Positions 48,576 to 63,195 are shown, counted from the stretch's first letter. The stretch is 64,000 bases of DNA from Phoronis australis (GCA_002633005.1 NMRA01000214.1:612090-676089), one strand, 5' to 3'. The notes: generated from the sequence alone by a model not told the origin. Translations and numbers: made by a program.

Positions 48576-51299
48576 GTCTCGTTTCAGTTAAATGACAGGT
48601 ATATAGTTTTATTTTCTTATACTTTTCTATGGTGCATTGTGAAAATATTTGTCAAACGATAATTTCGCAAGTATGGAACGGATTACGAACACGAAAAAAT
48701 TCTATGCTGACACCATCACCGATCAAGTTCAGGCAACTCTACCGGTTCGCTAAGCTTAAAATCCGCAGCTATCTTCAAAGAAACCATCCAGCTTCAGATG
48801 ATGTAATCATTCTCTGGATATTAATTTGGGAATTCAGTCGCGAAATTGCCCATCATAAACATGACTAAACAATAGGGACAACAACGGTATTTTTTAACTT
48901 TTCATTTTGTTAGTTTTTCAAATGACATACCTGAATAGTTCCTGAAATCCGGGAGCACGTGGTTAGGTTTCTGAGTTTTGAAAATCGGACAAGAAATGCG
49001 AAATTTATAAACTAAAACTAAAAAGTAGTTGACATTCTGCTGGATGCGCGACATGATGGGTCAGCTATGAAGGTTCATAAAACAGCGGTTGAAATTTGAG
49101 GAAAACTACGAGTCAATCGTGCAATTTTGGGCATTATAACCCTACAGGTGAAAAGATTCTCCGTAGCACCATTTTAGAATGGTGTTGAGTTGTTTGTAAT
49201 AAAAACGGGATAGATTTTACGAGTCTCCACAAAGTTTTTAATATGTACAACAAACGCTTCTATTTGTTATACACAAAATTAAATTAACATTAAGTAGGCG
49301 GTCTTATAATCACGGCTCATACATGCTCTTTATGAAGAGTGTCATGTGACCAGAATAAATTCCCAGAATGCAGTACATCGAGTTCTGCAACCAGCTCGTT
49401 TAGAGGTAAATGTTTATGCTCAAGAAATCATAATTCTACACTCCACTGATGATCTCATGTTATGCAAACACATAACGGTCATGCTCCAAGTCATGGTTGA
49501 ACAACTGGCACCGGGATGGGAAATGGATGAGGTACACGGGTCCCAGGAAATGACAGAGTAAGGACAATCGGAAATCGAAAAGTTGCTGACCTCGAATATT
49601 GATCGGATTCCTTGCGGAAATATCAAAACATTTTGTTTTTAGTTGGTGAGCTCTCTTACTGATCCAAACTTTTACAAATCCGCCGTTCCCTTTCACGTCC
49701 AGTAGGCATTCCACCTTTGTATAATCACTTTGGTACAACGTTCTTGCGTCTTTTCTTTGTTGAACTAACACAGTCAGTGGAGGTCCCTTTCTCCTTCACT
49801 TTTTAGGTGACATGAATTGGTCAACATTGCTGGCTAAATCGCTTGCGATGTTTTTGCCGAAAGCCGATGAACAACCACATGCACAAGTTGAAGAAGAAAT
49901 ACTTAAAATACCACACCAAAATTGCTGGTAACCAAATTCAAGCATTTGTGACCATGGTTCTACAGTTTTGCTTCTCAAGGCGTTATGCGCTGAGCAAGGT
50001 CTTCAGGTGTAATGAACTGTCAGTTCTTTGTAAACCCGGAAATTCCCCATCTGAGGACTAAGGGACAAGACGAGATCAACTTTATAGCGGTCATAAATAG
50101 TGTCAATCAAAAGTTCGCTTGCTGAACGAAACGTGGATTTGTTGCAGCTCGAAACGAAAGGTTAAAAACGTTTCTAGCAGTTGTGATTGAATTATAGCTT
50201 CACCAAGACTTCAGTTAGCCATTAGCGACTCGAAATTTTCGTTTCAGGAAGAACATAACAGAAGAAACGAAAGAACAAGAAGAGAAAGCTTGGAGGGAAC
50301 TTTAAGATCACTGAAGCCATGAAACTGTGTTAGCAAGAATTGGAACAATACAACGAAAAAGCAATACCAAGCCCAGTTTTCGTGTATTAACAGATATTAA
50401 AACACGACTTTCCCATCAAATTCCCTGAAGCCAAACAATGTTCTGTAACCTTCGGCAACCCTCAAAAGTTAGGAAGAAAATTTGAAAATTCCTTTCGAAG
50501 TCTGCTACAAGAGCAACTGTTGGGAAAAACTACCTGCCACGAAACATAATGTCCAATCTGTGACATAGGGAGTTTTTAGTTGATATTTGCTTTTATCTTT
50601 CAAGATTGACGCCAATGACGCATTAGCTGGTGACAGAACAAATACTGGTTGAAATCATCAAAACAGGACTTAGTATCCTTTTAATCGACTTTTATGATGT
50701 CGTTTTATAAAGATGGATAGTTCTAGAGTCATGAAGCAGCTGGTAGATTTCAATTTAATTTTAGTTTACTAACTTTCTAGATTCCTTGTTTCTGTTCCTG
50801 TAATTTGATATACAATTTGTCACGGTACATCCTTGTCCTGTGAAACCTGCGTAAAAAATGTTTTGTTTTCCAGGATAACTGTTACGCGTTTATACGATTT
50901 GTCACAGTACATCGTTTTGCCCTTTAAAACTTGGGTACAGATGTTTTGCTTTCTGGGTTAACTGTTAAACATTTATACGATTTGTCCCTGTGCTTCGCTT
51001 TGTTATATGAAACCTGGATGAAAATGTTTTGCCGTCCAGTTTAACTGTTATACGTTTATTTGATGTGTACTGTAATAAACGATTTATAAAAACGGCTCAA
51101 CATTCTGCATCCGTCAACAGCCAATGAGAAGTAAGCAGCTGATGCAACTTGCATTTCAGATACCAGAGATGGCCATGAATATTTTAAACCTTCCCCTTCA
51201 ACGGAGAAAGGATAGTACATAATTGCCTTTCGGGGGAGAGGGGTGCAAAGTAAGTCAGAATTGCTCTTCTCAACAGGAACACCACCTTTCATCGTGATT

Positions 51300-54200
51300 C
51301 TTCAAGGAGTTTGGGTTTAGAGAGGCAGACGACAAAGGACACACACACCAATGGAAAGGCCACTGGGGGTCGGCGGGGGGATGGGGTGCAACGTAGGTCA
51401 AACCATCTGGAACAGGGCTGTCGTGGTTACAACCTATTTGCCTCATGTCATGAACATCCATTAAGGAACGTGTTATATCCAGGCAAACGCAAAGTAAAAC
51501 AAAATTGCCGTTAGGGGACTTTGCAGTAGTCACATGTGTCAGAATCCTCATCAGCTGTACTCTTCTCAAAAGAATCGAATGTCAAAAAATGAAATTACCA
51601 TAAGAGGGCGCCACAGCAGTCGGCCCGTTCAAAAATTGTCAGCGACGCAATTAACATGACAGTTTTCAAAAACATCCAGAGTGGTTTGGCTGATAGAGAG
51701 GTCGAAAGATGTAAAAAAAAAAAACAGAATAAATAATAGTAAAAATGGCCGCAAAGTCAAAATAAGTCTGAAATTGGGAAAGTGTTATCGTCTCTTCAGT
51801 AAAAAAGTATTTGCCATACTTCATTAAAATCCGTCAAGGAGGGAAAGTTAAAAAAATGAAATTGCCACTAAGGGGCAGGAACGTAGTTTTTTATAATGTT
51901 TATTACAAAATCTTCGATACAATGCATATACATGACCCAGAAAGCGCCAAGAGGCATTATATCTGGGTTAAAAAAGTAGAAAGAAATTTATATGCAATTA
52001 TTTTACACAAATACATAAAAAAGAAATCTGTATACAATTATTTTACACAAATACATGAATTAAAAAAATCTGTTGTTAAGATTACAATGACATATGATTA
52101 CGAAAGTAAATAAATCATTTTCATACACATGTACACAATTCTATCAACTCACACAAAGAGATTTAATATTATAAAGAAATTTTGATGCTATTTCGAATAA
52201 AACCTTATTTTCATTTGGGTTGAGTTCTTGACTTCCATATAGAAAAAAATTAATTTTGTTGTACACTTGCGGAATTTCAGAATATTTTTTTTATAAATAT
52301 TGGGGTATTGTTCGAGTGTCTGGAAAAGCTGTACCCTCTGCTCCTTGCATACCTCACAAGCAAAGAAAACATGAGCATTTGTCTGTGCGTCTTCACGGCA
52401 ACACAGAGGCGAAATATTATTAAAATTATGTATAAATTTCTCGTTGTTTAAGAATAGACAGAATCTTGATCTGTAAAGGATTATTTCGTGGTTGCGAGGA
52501 AGCTGGAACGATGTCAATGGGACTGGCAACTCTTGAGTAGTAGTATGCATTTTAAAGTTATTTTTAGAGTAACAATTGAAGTGCTTTCTTTTATTTTGGA
52601 TGGTAAGGAATTCCAGTTGTCAATACAAGTTAATATGGTAGATTTCCTGAAGGCTTGGCTGAGGGAAGATAGAATAGTGTGCATATTACCTTGCCGCAGT
52701 TCTGGTCTCCTGTTAGTTTTTTGTAGGAGTCAAAGGGGATTTTGTTTGAGCAATTGTTTATGTTGGTTAAGACTTGTAATGTATACATGGACAGGTGGAG
52801 TTTACGACGGGTTGCAAGTTTGATCCAGTTGAGACTGTTTAGAACCTTGATTGTGTTGGATCCTTTGTATGCTCCTGTTATGGCTAAAGGTGCTTGGTAT
52901 TGTAGTCTTTGTAAATGAAGAAGTATGCCAGCGTTTGCCAATTGGTAGATTATGCCACAGTAATCTAGATGTGGAAGAACAAAAGACTTGAACAGAGTTT
53001 CAAGATGCATGGAGTTGAAATGAGGAGAGACAATTCTAATTGGATTGATTAATTTTTGTACTTTGTGAACGAGTTCGCGACAGTGAGGAGTAAATGTAAG
53101 CTTGTGGTCTAGTACCAATCCAAGGTGTTTGTGCGAAATAATTGGGAATAACTTCCCCATTGAGTGATAATTCCAGCATAGGATTTGTTTGGAATTGAGT
53201 ATTATTAGACTTAGAAAATATAAGATCAACACTTTTTTCAGGTTTAAATTTCATCTTCCATTTGCAAGACCAGTCATATAGTTTTATTAGGTCAGTTTGC
53301 AATTGTAAGGAGTCATGGGGATGCTCTTTTGAGAATGGGTGGAATATTGCAGTGTCATCAGCATATAAGAATGTTTTAGAGTTTATTGTGTCTGGAAGAT
53401 CATTGATGTACAATAAAAAGAGTAAGGGGCCTAGTACGCTACCCTGTGGTACTCCAGCATTTACGACACCTGGCGTTGATGAGCGTGATAAGACACCCTC
53501 TATTCGAACTTTGTAAGTTCGACATTCCAGATATGATTTTAAAAGTAAGAAGAGAGTTCCGGAAAAACCGTAAGATTGTAATTTATGTAGAAGCAGATCA
53601 TGGGGAACGACATCAAAAGCTGACGCAATGTCTAAGAATATGGATCTCACGTTGTATCCTTGATCAAACTGGAGGTGGATTTCGTGTACAATTTCTGTAA
53701 GTTGGGACACAGTGCTATTACCAGGCATGAATCCCAATTGGCGACGATATATGAGGTTTTGTGAAGAGAGGTGGTCAAACGTGTTGAGAAATTATTTCTT
53801 CTAAAATTTTGGATAGGGTGTGAAGTAGAGTTATGGGGTGATAGCTGGCAATGTATGTTTTGGAGTTCTTTTTGTGTATTGGTATCATAACACCAAGTTT
53901 CCAGTTCAAAGGAAATTTTCCAGATTGTAGTATTTCGTTATATAATGTTGTCAAAGGAGTTGTGAGCTCTCTTGCTATTATCTTAATCATTTTATTGGTT
54001 ATGAGATTGGTACCGTCGTTTTTGTTTAAGGTCAATATTTTCTAGTAGTTTTTGGACTTCAGATGGTTGGGCTTGTATGTCAGAGATGTTCTAATGTTCT
54101 GTTTTGGAATTAGGGAAAGCTCGTTGTTGGTGCAACGTGACTCTTGGCGGTGAAGTATTCTAAAAATAACTTACTTTTTCAGCTTTGGATGACGCCTGAG

Positions 54201-55235
54201 AGTTGGATTCCTTTGAGTGGATGGTGGTGTATGTGATTGCTTTACCTGTCCTCGAATTTTGTTTATTATATCCCAATATTCCTTAGAATTTTGGGAGACA
54301 TTGTTGATGTTGGAGATTACTTTCATCTTATAGTCTTGTTTTGTCTTTTTAATTAGTTCTTCCACACTCTTGCACTATTTTTTGTTGCCCTTAAAGGTAC
54401 ACGGGTTATTTGATTTTCTGAACGATCTGTACAGTTTGTTCCTTTTATTTATTTCAGTCTTAATGTTTTTGTTAAACCACGGTTGGTTCGAGTTTTTATT
54501 GTCTTCATGGTTGATGGGATATTATTATTCAGTATGTTGTAGAGTGACTGTGTGAATGTTGAGACTGTGTCATTTATGTCACTTTTGCTCAGTATTTCAG
54601 TCCAGTTGAATGTGGTTATGTCAGTGCGCAGTTTGTCCATGTTAATGAGGTTGTAATTCCAGATCTGTTTGATAACGTCTGGTTCTTTAGGTAAGAACGT
54701 AGTCGGACCCATCCCTCTGATGCCACCTTCCTAGAAAAACAAACAGTGGAATTTAACAAAGATCCTGCAAGACGTTTAGGGGATACAGTCGGGACACACA
54801 AAAATGTCTCAACTGCTGGTGCCACAAAAGTCGGAGGCGTCCGGAACTCTTCGTAAGTTGATTTGTCCGATAGAAATGAGGACAACGAAAAACAAGCCTC
54901 GAAAACAATTATAATGGTCGTTAAATGGCGTATAATACGTCGAATCTATACGAAAATGGGAAGGTGTCATCATCCAAATTTCATGAAAGTCCGCCAAGGA
55001 GCTCTGAAGATACAAAGGAAAACGTTAAGAAAATAAAATTGCCACTAGGAGCGCAGCGCTAGTCATATCCGCCCGAATATTCGCTCACGCTGTCCCATCC
55101 AGGACAAGAAGTTGTCTTCAAACTTTTACGAACAGACCATCAAATGGTTTTAGAGATACAGCAGCGGACACCGGACGGGGATGATGGCATAATGCAACCC
55201 CCCCCCACACGCACGTTCATATACATGTGCACAAA
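51300..55235 (-). mobile_element. Reverse-oriented HINE related to 24695-26201, split by a LINE; left boundary approximate
   Basis: Reverse-complement monomers (aaagatcctgcaa..gtttagg.gatacag; gccactag; agagtggtttggctgata); GGAC microsatellite and T-run end near 55160-55235. Confidence 0.65.
51888..54694 (-). mobile_element. 5'-truncated LINE (CR1/L2/Jockey-group-like) with ORF2 RT pseudogene
   Basis: [78 protein letters not shown]; 3' AATAAA and A-tail; 9-bp TSD gaacgtagt at 51879-51887 and 54695-54703. Confidence 0.92.
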
Positions 55236-56338
55236 AGGGACTCTCAAATCCTTTTCCTACACTAACAAGTCAGCCGGCAAAAAGCAATTTTAGATTTGGT
55301 GGCAAAGTCATGTAAGAAGTTGTCAACCATGCTTTAAGTACTTATAGAAACCCTATTTTGAAGCTCAGGGAGTTGTCAAGCTGAAATATGCTCCGTTGGC
55401 ATAGTAGCCTAACCAGTTATTTTACCAACCAAAACGAGCAATTTCATGTTTGAGGGCAAAGTCATGTTAGAACAGGCAACCATGAACAAGATAACCCTGT
55501 GTTTAAAGTACGGGTTGTTAATAAGGCAAACTGGGTTTATATACCAAAATAACCAAATATTTGACGGTCAAGTTAGAAGCAAGCAACCACGTCCAATGTG
55601 CAATCCGGGTGCCCACTCCAAAGTCTAAAGCAAACACCGTTTCCTTTATCAAAGATGCGGTGCATATGCATATAGTAACAAGAGGAATAATTTTGATAAG
55701 CCAATGCGAGAAATCATTTAGAAAAAGAGTTGTGGATGGACTATGTTTAAACCAGTAACACACCTTGAAAATCGAAAGATGGCTGTCAAGGCAACTAATG
55801 CAAATAAAGCCGTCAACTGCATAAAACGTGAACAAGAGACTGAATTAAATAAAGCAAGAGAATTGTGGCTTTGTCAAAGGTGTGCCGTAATTACCACTAG
55901 TACCAGTACCGTAATGTTGGCATTTCTGCGGTTATCAAATGAATATTCATCACAAGGATCCAAGCCGTAATGATAGCATGCTGGCGGATAACTACTCCTA
56001 ACCACGGATGCTTATCTCGATCTTTTGCAAGCACAGACATCTTATAAACGTTGTGCTAAAAGATTGAGACTAACAAAAGCTCCCGTGCTCCATACAAGGG
56101 GCAGTATTTTTAAAGTCCTAGTAGCTCACGTTTTTATAACCCTTAATAAACAGTTAGAAAATGTTAAAAGAACCAAGCATTACCTGTCCCATAACTAATA
56201 CAAAATTCTTTGTCGAAGAAACTTTAAATAAACTCGCCACTCACGATTCGGACACGAAGAACATACATGTACCGCCGTTTTGAACTTACCGCGAGACCGA
56301 AAGTTTATTTCATTCAGTAACCCAGGATTAAGAACACC

Positions 56339-56491
56339 GGGCGTGCATCCAGTAACGCTAGGGCCTAGGCTAGGACCTAGCTAAAATCTAGCTAAAGTCG
56401 CCTGTTCTCACTTAAAATACACGGCAATATCTCACATTGTATCTCGAAGTTTTACTTTTTAGTGAAGTCCTTGCGTTACTGAACGGGAGGC
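56339..56491. mobile_element. Palindromic MITE, same family as 19155-19310
   Basis: cagtaacgctagg ... gcgttactgaacgggaggc. Confidence 0.7.
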
Positions 56492-56947
56492 GGGTGAGAC
56501 TAGAGCAGCGCGCAAACCGGGATAAAATAATCGACAGCTGAACTTAATAAAACCAAAATAGGGACAATCTGTAAGGAAAAACGAAATAGCAAATAAATTT
56601 TGGAAGAAAATATTATGCGGACTAGGGCCTGCAGCCGATGACCCGCTGTGGACCGAGACCGGACACTGGCGAAAGGCGAAGGCATGCGGTCGTCGGCTGT
56701 TTTATCGGAATAAATGGTTCAAATCATACATGCCGTATACAAAGATAGTTTCAGACACTTGCATGTAATTACGGACTAGTCGCAATCTTGTGACACAGCC
56801 GCCGCACAGCGCATTGGTATTAGAAGTGACTTACAGGTCCCTGGGGGTCTTCTGTTGTTGGAATGGTAATTAGTAATGCAATCTGCATAGATACTGGGGT
56901 TCCTGATTTTTCTGTGTTTATTTGATACATTTCACTACCAGGCAAAC

Positions 56948-57120
56948 TATATTAATATAGGTGCCCCGCTGAAAGGGGTCCGAAGAGAGGTGCCCTATAT
57001 ATTAATATAGGTGCCCCGCTGAAAGGGGTCCGAAGAGCGGTGCCCAATATATTAATATAGGGGCCCCGATCTTCGGACCCCTTCTGGTGGGGTGTTCTAT
57101 ATTAATATATGGGGCACCCC
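56948..57120. repeat. Direct plus inverted ~48-bp repeats separated by the palindrome TATATTAATATA (four copies)
   Basis: ggtgccccgctgaaaggggtccgaaga twice, then inverted tcttcggacccttctggtggggtg. Confidence 0.85.
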
Positions 57121-57479
57121 ATTTCTGAGCCCATAATTTAATTTATTGCTCATGTCATTTTAATAAGAATAAGTCATTTTAAATAATAAGCTGACTATCA
57201 CTCAGTATCACTCATTTGTTATCAGCTTATTATACACGCAATGAAAATGCATTCAAACATGTCTACTTCGGCAATTTTGTTGCAAAATGGAAGTACAGGT
57301 CACAAAAAGAGAAATCATGAATGAAAATTCTTAAAATGCGAGAATTTTCTACATCTCACCAAACCAAAATCGTGCTAAGTCTCAAAAAAATCTGTGATTT
57401 TGGGTATAGACTCTTCCTGTTGGTTTTTAAATGGAGTCGCCCTTAAATGGGATGCTTAACATTTTGTCTTCTGTAACCG

Positions 57480-59901
57480 GGATTGACTGGATCTAGCACG
57501 GGGGAGGGGTGACCACACCTCAAGATTACCGAATCAACTGTTGGCTGAACAACAACTGTGGGTTTCACTGTGGCTTTCGCCCTAAATTCACCAATGTTTG
57601 TCAGTTACTATGTATACTTTTTCACGAAGTCCCAGTCAACTTATTTTAGAATAAATGTGTATAACTATGCTAATGTAAAGCAGGATCTAAACGTCAATGC
57701 TATTATAACTGCAGTGGTGTTCACGATTGAATAACAAGGCGAACTATTCGTCTGGGCTAAGCGGGTGTTACTGGGAGTAATTAACTATGGTAAACAGTAT
57801 AAATATAACAACAAACATGTAATATCAAAATAATTAAGTAAAATTGCTATGCAGTTATAATATTCTGACAATTAAACTTGCGAAAATATTGAAAATATAT
57901 TTAGACAGGGAAGCTAAACCGGTGTTCTCCGGATGCTTTGTTGAGCGACTGACAGACAACAATGAACGACGGAATACCAACTGGTGGCGAAATAACATCA
58001 GAAAGAAATTTGGTGTGGTGCCAAATGGTACACTGTATAATATAAGTATTAACGAGTTTAAAGTAAAAGGGAGAATTCTCATCCAAACTTAAACACTAGA
58101 ATTATTTACTACCCGGCGGAGCCCGACCTAGCCTGGCTGCGAGGACATCTGTTCTCTGTGGCACAGTAGAAAGTCATTAATTAGCTCCACGGGCATTCAA
58201 TAATTGGAGTTTGCGTAACAAAGTGATTAAAATATACCGCGTCATGTTCCTTTCACTCATAAAAAGAATCCTACGTTGACACCTTAACCGGTCGAGAGTG
58301 GGCAACTCTACCCGTTTGCGCACCACACAATCTGCCGGTTTAGATCAAAGACACCATGTTGTTATGGTTAGTTAAATCGCCTCAGTCTGCTGATGTCATC
58401 GTTCTTCAGATAATGAAACCATAATAACACAATGGGGGCGATAATAGTACTTAAATTTTCCTTTTGAAAGTTTGTAAATAGCATATCTGAATAGCAGTCG
58501 TGGTTACTGGTTTTTAATTTTTGAAAATTGGATAAGGAATGTGACTTTTACAACCCAAAACGTTTGTTTAATGTTGCAATAATATGTTCCTCATTGTGCA
58601 ACATACTGGGCCAATTATCCAGTGCTGTAGTGGGGCGTAGGCTGACGTAGGCGCAGCCAATCACCTTTTTACATTTTAACGTTGCCTTGATACGCTGACG
58701 GTAGCCTTGTTGTCGAACATTTCGGCTCGCGCAACCGCCAGGCATGCTTTGATGAGCTCGTGTTTCGTGAGATCGGAGCATGTTTTTGGGATTACTGCGA
58801 TATTTGGAAAGTCTCACTTTCATTCAGAATCTTGCACTGATGCACCATGTGTTAGAAGAGCTCTCAAGCATGTTTGTGGACCTACAATGCGGAAACACAA
58901 CTATGCCACACGCAGAAATTAAAGCTTATTCGGCGGATGGTTGATAATACTGGGCAGGCATTCGCCACTGCACTGACATGCACTCAAGAGAAGAGGTTTG
59001 GGTCAATAGAACTTAAGGAAACCCTTAAAGGAACAACCGTGACCATACGTCTTGGACACGTTATTCAAAATCTTGTTATTAACTTGGAGCGGTGTTCACT
59101 TGACAATGATGAGCAGTCATTTTGCTCTTTTCCGAGCATCTTGGACCCAAAACGTGGCCGATGGGATCTGTGATAAGACACGGCGAGTCACGGGTATATG
59201 CGAGAGGTTTGGGCTGGTTGTCACAACGTCAATCAGGGCAATGTGTGAATTCCTAGCAATGGAGGAGAAGGTTAAACTAGTCAACCTACGAAGTGCTGTG
59301 CGACAACTGGACCTCTGCATCAGACCGTTTTCCTTGCAGTACAGCTGAATATGAGAGAGGATTCAGCGAAACGAATCGGATTGTAACAGACTCTAGCTCT
59401 TGTTTGCTATTAAAAACCACCTTCAGCTTGCTGTTTGGCAAGGTCAATGGTCCATGTTAGACCCACAACCTTAGGCTGAAACTTGGATTCGACAACACAG
59501 AACTGCTGATAGTTCTCAGTTCATATTATGTACAGTGTAACTTGGAGAAGAACAAGACTGCCGACAAGAAAATTTTTTTGAGGATTCCGTAACTAAAAAC
59601 TCTATCTTTGGACAAGTCACTAGTACCTGGTGTTTTACTAACTTTAAAACTAAATGAAAATGAGAACAACTGCTTGCAAGAAAGCCCTAATTGGAGTTTA
59701 TGCATTATATATGTAAGCGCAGGCATGTTTATGTTTTTGGCGTTCAGCTCTTTAATAAAACGTCAGCGCTTGTGTAACATCGCGTTTGTGTAGTTAGTGT
59801 TTGAGTAACATATGTTCTCCTAGAGTGAAATGCACGCAGACCTCTGCAATCGAATATGTGTGGTTGGGCTTCCTTTCTGCGACATCCCAGATCCGCCACT
59901 G
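57480..59901 (+). mobile_element. hAT transposon remnant (KIAA1586/ZNF862-like transposase C-terminus at ~58850-59460); left boundary uncertain
   Basis: Dimerisation motif PCSTAEYERGFSETNRIVTD..LLFGKVNGP; upstream ILDP..W and ICERFGL; right TIR cagatccgccactg. Confidence 0.7.
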
Positions 59902-60981
59902 CAGACTGGAAGTAAATACCTATTGGTAGGCCTACATGTTTGTGAGTCAGGTTTTTCGATTTCACTGGACTTTTAAAATTCAGAGCTCAAAGCTATGGGC
60001 AGGGCTTTGGGCGCCTACTTACCTCTAATTTTACCGCTAGAGCGCTGCAATTATCAAACCACCAGGCAGCAGTTGGATTTTGAGGTAAGCCAAGTGTCAT
60101 CGTACAATTTTTAGCATGTGCAATATTATTTTTCCCATCGCTGACATTCAGCTCACACACTACAGTTCACAACAGTCTCCCCTTTGCGTTTTCAATCGCA
60201 GAGTTTTTATTTCTAGACAAAGGATGTATCGATTGTAACTTTTTGTCACGTTTTGAAATACGTTTTGTCTAGTAATTCAAAACTTAAAGTAAATTTAGCA
60301 AATGGTTATTTTCCTGGCGAAATGACAAAATGACAACTGCCGGGGAAACGCCGGTTGCTGTGTCTGGACAGCAAAAATCAAGTACATTGTACAGGTGCGT
60401 GTTATTGTAATTCAGATGAGGAGCGCATAGTGTTGAGGTTAAATAGGTTTTTATTTGTTTGTTGAAACAACGACGTGAGCGGCCAGTAAAGCGGTTGCCG
60501 ATTTGAGGCCATACGTCCGGGTAGTCACACTGCAATTGCTGATAGTTGGCATCAGTTTCACGATATGGCGAAAAAGAATATACATTTGCTGACCCATAAA
60601 AGTTTTCCTTTTAATTTATTACCAGAACGGGAACTGTTTGATGTACCCTTGCTATGAGTCAGGGCTGACCTCAATCATATTCGCGATGGATGAAGAGGTT
60701 GCTTTGAGCATTGATCGGAAAGGTGGTTGCGGTTAGCAGCCTAGTTGTTGACATAGTGTGTTTGGTGACAAACGTGCATGGCCTCTTCACCAAATCTGCG
60801 GGCATCGAAGTTCGTTTTTCATCTGGAAGTGTTTCTCCGCTAGTTTCTCTACCACGGCGTAATGTATTATTAGGTCCATCATTGCCACAATTGTACATTG
60901 GATCGCATGCTGTAACTGACCAATCAGAGATGTGAATAAAGACAGTTCGTTCTTTGTACATCGTATTGTCAGTTGCTTATC

Positions 60982-63195
60982 CAGTGGCGGATCCACGTTT
61001 TCAGCAAGGGAGGTTTAAGATTCCCGCCAAGGTCGAATCCTAGGCGCGTGGCGCCGAGCGGGGGAGAGGTCGGCAGGGGGGATTCCCCTCTCGTGTAAGG
61101 TATATTTTTGTTTTTGTATCCAAATAGTGAAATTTCCATGCATCCTGGTAAGTTTCTGGCACTTAACATATCTCTGGAGTTTTTCTTTAAGTTAATTAAA
61201 AACCCTTCTCGATTTCGTCACATGAACTTGGCTCATAAGTTTCGTGAAACCATATTGTGCACATCTGGGTATGAGTCACGCCACCAGCAAAAATTTTTGT
61301 TGGAACATCTGCTTACACACACCTTTTTAGCATACGAAAAGTCGTATACGAAAAAGTGTGGTGTGTATACAAGGGTTTAGACAATTTACAAATATTCAAG
61401 AGCATAATTAAGGAGCACCGACGGGGCGTAAAAACTTGAATATCAGATGATCGCGTAACAGCAGCCTCAAGTTGTTTAAGAACGAAGACCTGTACTGTTA
61501 GTCCGGAAATAAGCATGTGTTCTGTCTCGTTACGAGAAAAACTGGCGAACGATGGTGCTCTCAACTCATAGTCTATTATTAAAAGCGACAATAAATAGTT
61601 ATTTATCACTTTATTAAGCTGAATCACGTTGACAACAATTGAAAAACGTCAAATTTATAGGAAACAAATCACCTGAAAACAGTACTGGCTGAAATAAGTA
61701 GTTTTACAAAGCACACTTTTGTAAAAAAATCACAAGACTAGTTCGCCGAGGGAACAGAAGTACACTGAAACTCAACATTTACACAAATCAAGCTGGCCTG
61801 GTCCGTCGCGAGATCTAGAGTGTACTATGCAAAAAATTTTGAATTGAAAACTTCTCTCTAAAATTTAAATCCCCAGTGGTTACTCATACGTTAGTCCTAT
61901 CCTTCTGTTGTCTAGACTGCCGAGGAATTTGTATATCGGATCCAATGATTTGCTCGTCTTGGAACCATTCTACCCAGATATCTTCGATGTTTGTTCCCAA
62001 CGCTTGCACTTCGTCAACTGCTGTGTCAATGAGCTTGTAAGCCTCTACAATGTCAGCATCTCGTTTCGCAGCTCAGTTGACACTAAGACCCTTGAGGTTG
62101 CCAAGTCCATTCAAAAGACTTACATGCGCAACTAAATTTGATCCGTTCATCATGGACTACTTCAAACCTTGACGAAGCATCCCAGGACCTATTTGCATCT
62201 CTTGCAATTTTCGAAATAAACGTCCCAATGTCTGAACGCTTGAAACCCGAAGTACTAATATCAAATAAATGCCCATGGGCATGAGCGTTTCATCGGGTGA
62301 GCCTTTCTGCGGAAATTCCCAGTATAGAAGACGGCAGTGTGCTTATTGCAGGTAGACAGACGGTAGGTGTTGAGGTCGGAACTAGGGCTCCTTAGGAGGC
62401 CTATTGAACATCGCACGAGTCCCGCAAGACTTTGTTGTGAAAGAACAGCCTCCCCGCAATTTCTGGTACTGTACACTTTTCGCGAATGCGGTCACTTTCT
62501 CAATGTGAGTGCCCCCTTGGTCATTCCTTGTATAGACATAACTTGTTATAGAGTGTGTCTTCAAACGGACTCGCGACCAGACCACGGCGCCCGCCACAAT
62601 AGCAATTCTTCGGAAAAAGATTTTTTTCAAAAATATTACATGTACATGTACACAATATTACATGTACATGTACACTGTATGATATTGCGCAAGACAACTT
62701 TACTATACATCAGTTACAAACGTGTGGAGTGTAATAGAATGACACGGCATGACAGATGAGGTAAAAACGTTGCACGTCAATTCGCCTGAATATCAGGGTT
62801 GCGGCACCGCAGTATTTCCCCTAATCAAATCAAAACATATCTTAGAGTAAAGAAGCTAGTTACCTAAAGAAATCAGCTATAGAACTGCTCTTTCAGCGGT
62901 GAATCCATCTAAAATGCTTGGCTACTTCAGAAGTGTCGACGGAAGCGCGCGCACAATAAATCCCCGCGCGTTTTGCCGATGAGCCACAAAGACTCAGCAA
63001 TTCACAATGCAAAAAACTATATTTTCAGAGTGAACCCCCCCCCTCAATTTTTTCCAAGTTGGTTTACTTGGGGTTTACACACGCTGGCGGTGCCGTTTTT
63101 GTTTTGCTGGATACGCTTTTGTTTTATTTTTTAATTTTTGGGTCCTGGCCCGAGGGGGGGTTAAACCCCCTGAACCCCCCGTAGATCCGCCACTG
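60982..63195 (-). mobile_element. hAT (Tip100/PRKRIR-like) element, internally deleted
   Basis: TIR CAGTGGCGGATCCACG / CGTAGATCCGCCACTG; minus-strand LKGLSV..KRDADIVEAYKLID..WF..IGSDIQIPRQSRQQKDRTN at ~61890-62115. Confidence 0.8.

Larger units (their letters stand above)
40275..51140 (+). repeat. Segmental duplication unit B (boundaries approximate)
   Basis: Colinear with unit A; carries fewer TE insertions. Confidence 0.85.

Noticed and set aside
40275-51140. Copy B as an uncollapsed allelic haplotype of copy A
   Set aside because: Considered less likely given heavy intron divergence, different TE content and many loop replacements; not fully excluded because a gap lies between the copies, and read depth would decide
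56948-57120. CRISPR-like repeat-spacer appearance
   Set aside because: The spacers are copies or inversions of each other, there are no cas genes, and the context is eukaryotic
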